A stretch of 63,832 nucleotides of DNA, the filler included, from Reclinomonas americana ATCC 50394 (lineage: Eukaryota), in the NCBI GenBank assembly GCA_048213135.1. It is 9 parts of 3 records of this genome, joined end to end, with 100 filler letters (N's around TTAATTAATTAA, not from the genome) between each part and the next. Parts side by side here need not be neighbours in the genome. Positions count along the whole stretch, not along the records: positions 59,324 to 63,832 come from PS015038.1; 8 more parts are not named here. One strand, written 5' to 3'. The notes under the pieces are model-generated. The model did no database searches and was not told the origin of the DNA. It saw only the letters and a list, made by a program, of their open reading frames with translations. The translations under genes were made by a program, and so were the position numbers. This document shows, in pieces, positions 63,275 to 63,832 of the stretch (its first letter is position 1; every line of letters begins with the position of its first letter).

Positions 63275-63832
63275 TCAGAATGGCAAAACAACAGGGCGCG
63301 GGTAGCGTGCACGCAGGGGGACCTTGGAGGCGTTAAGTGGCGACAGGGTGAGTGGAAGATTGCGCGCATTCAGCGACGGTGACGAGAGCGGGGAGAGCGG
63401 AAGCGATCGCGAGCTGTCGGGATCGTAGTTGGATGGCGATCGTGCCGACGACAATGCAAGCGAGTGTGGCGAGGCCAGCGATGAGGAGCCTGACGGAGAC
63501 AGCGCGGATGGGACAGTGGTGGTCGTTGACGCCGACAAGGGAGTCAGCGGCGAGATGGACGAGATGAAGGAGAGACGTCGGGGCGACGAGTCCACCGTGC
63601 CGTCCATGCCGCCGTCGTCGGCGTTGATCTCCAGTGGATCGCTGCGTGCCGACGACGAGAAAAAACTGCGTGCATCGTCGTCGTCGTCATCGTCGTCCTT
63701 GCTCCAGTCGTGCACGTCAAAGTCGAGCAGCACACGGTCGAGCACCGAGTCGGGGGCGTGCTGGGGTCCGCTGGGCGACGGCACTGTCAACGCACTCTCC
63801 GGGAAGCGGATCTGCACGCCACGCCACCGACT
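63275..63832 (-). CDS. Ser-rich C-terminal part of a hypothetical protein; 5'-partial
   Basis: Open frame of about 185 codons to the window edge, with coding-like codon usage. Confidence 0.5.
   Translation of the reverse strand, partial: SRWRGVQIRFPESALTVPSPSGPQHAPDSVLDRVLLDFDVHDWSKDDDDDDDDARSFFSSSARSDPLEINADDGGMDGTVDSSPRRLSFISSISPLTPLSASTTTTVPSALSPSGSSSLASPHSLALSSARSPSNYDPDSSRSLPLSPLSSPSLNARNLPLTLSPLNASKVPLRARYPRPVVLPF

Overview
Eukaryotic (protist-like) genomic DNA: GC-rich exons, dense short GT-AG introns (about 55-120 nt) and CT/GA/CA microsatellite-filled long introns. This is not one locus. Eight artificial 100-nt linkers (N44-TTAATTAATTAA-N44) join nine unrelated draft scaffolds, and TACG-cycling ends plus 20-N gaps suggest a 454/Newbler assembly. 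Manually spliced genes: enoyl-CoA hydratase; a ~4000-aa triple-WD40-propeller plus giant coiled-coil protein; DDX55/Spb4; two paralogous large secreted Cys-repeat proteins with C-terminal H-type-lectin-like domains; an ARID-PHD protein; Snf7/CHMP4; a PWI/RGG Nab2-like protein; an intronless WD40 gene with a tandem pseudogene; a LisH/DYRKP-like N-terminus; a MAPK fragment; a bacterial-type ALDH fragment; WDR33/Pfs2; and a divergent eIF2-beta. The most striking signal is in the splice sites. About 25 introns on seven scaffolds use a one-nucleotide-shifted donor (GTTGCG[T], also GTTGAGT, GTTGTGT, GTTTCGT), and every one follows a non-G exon base, whereas donors after G use the ordinary unshifted form. 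All gene models and domain calls were made by eye without database searches.
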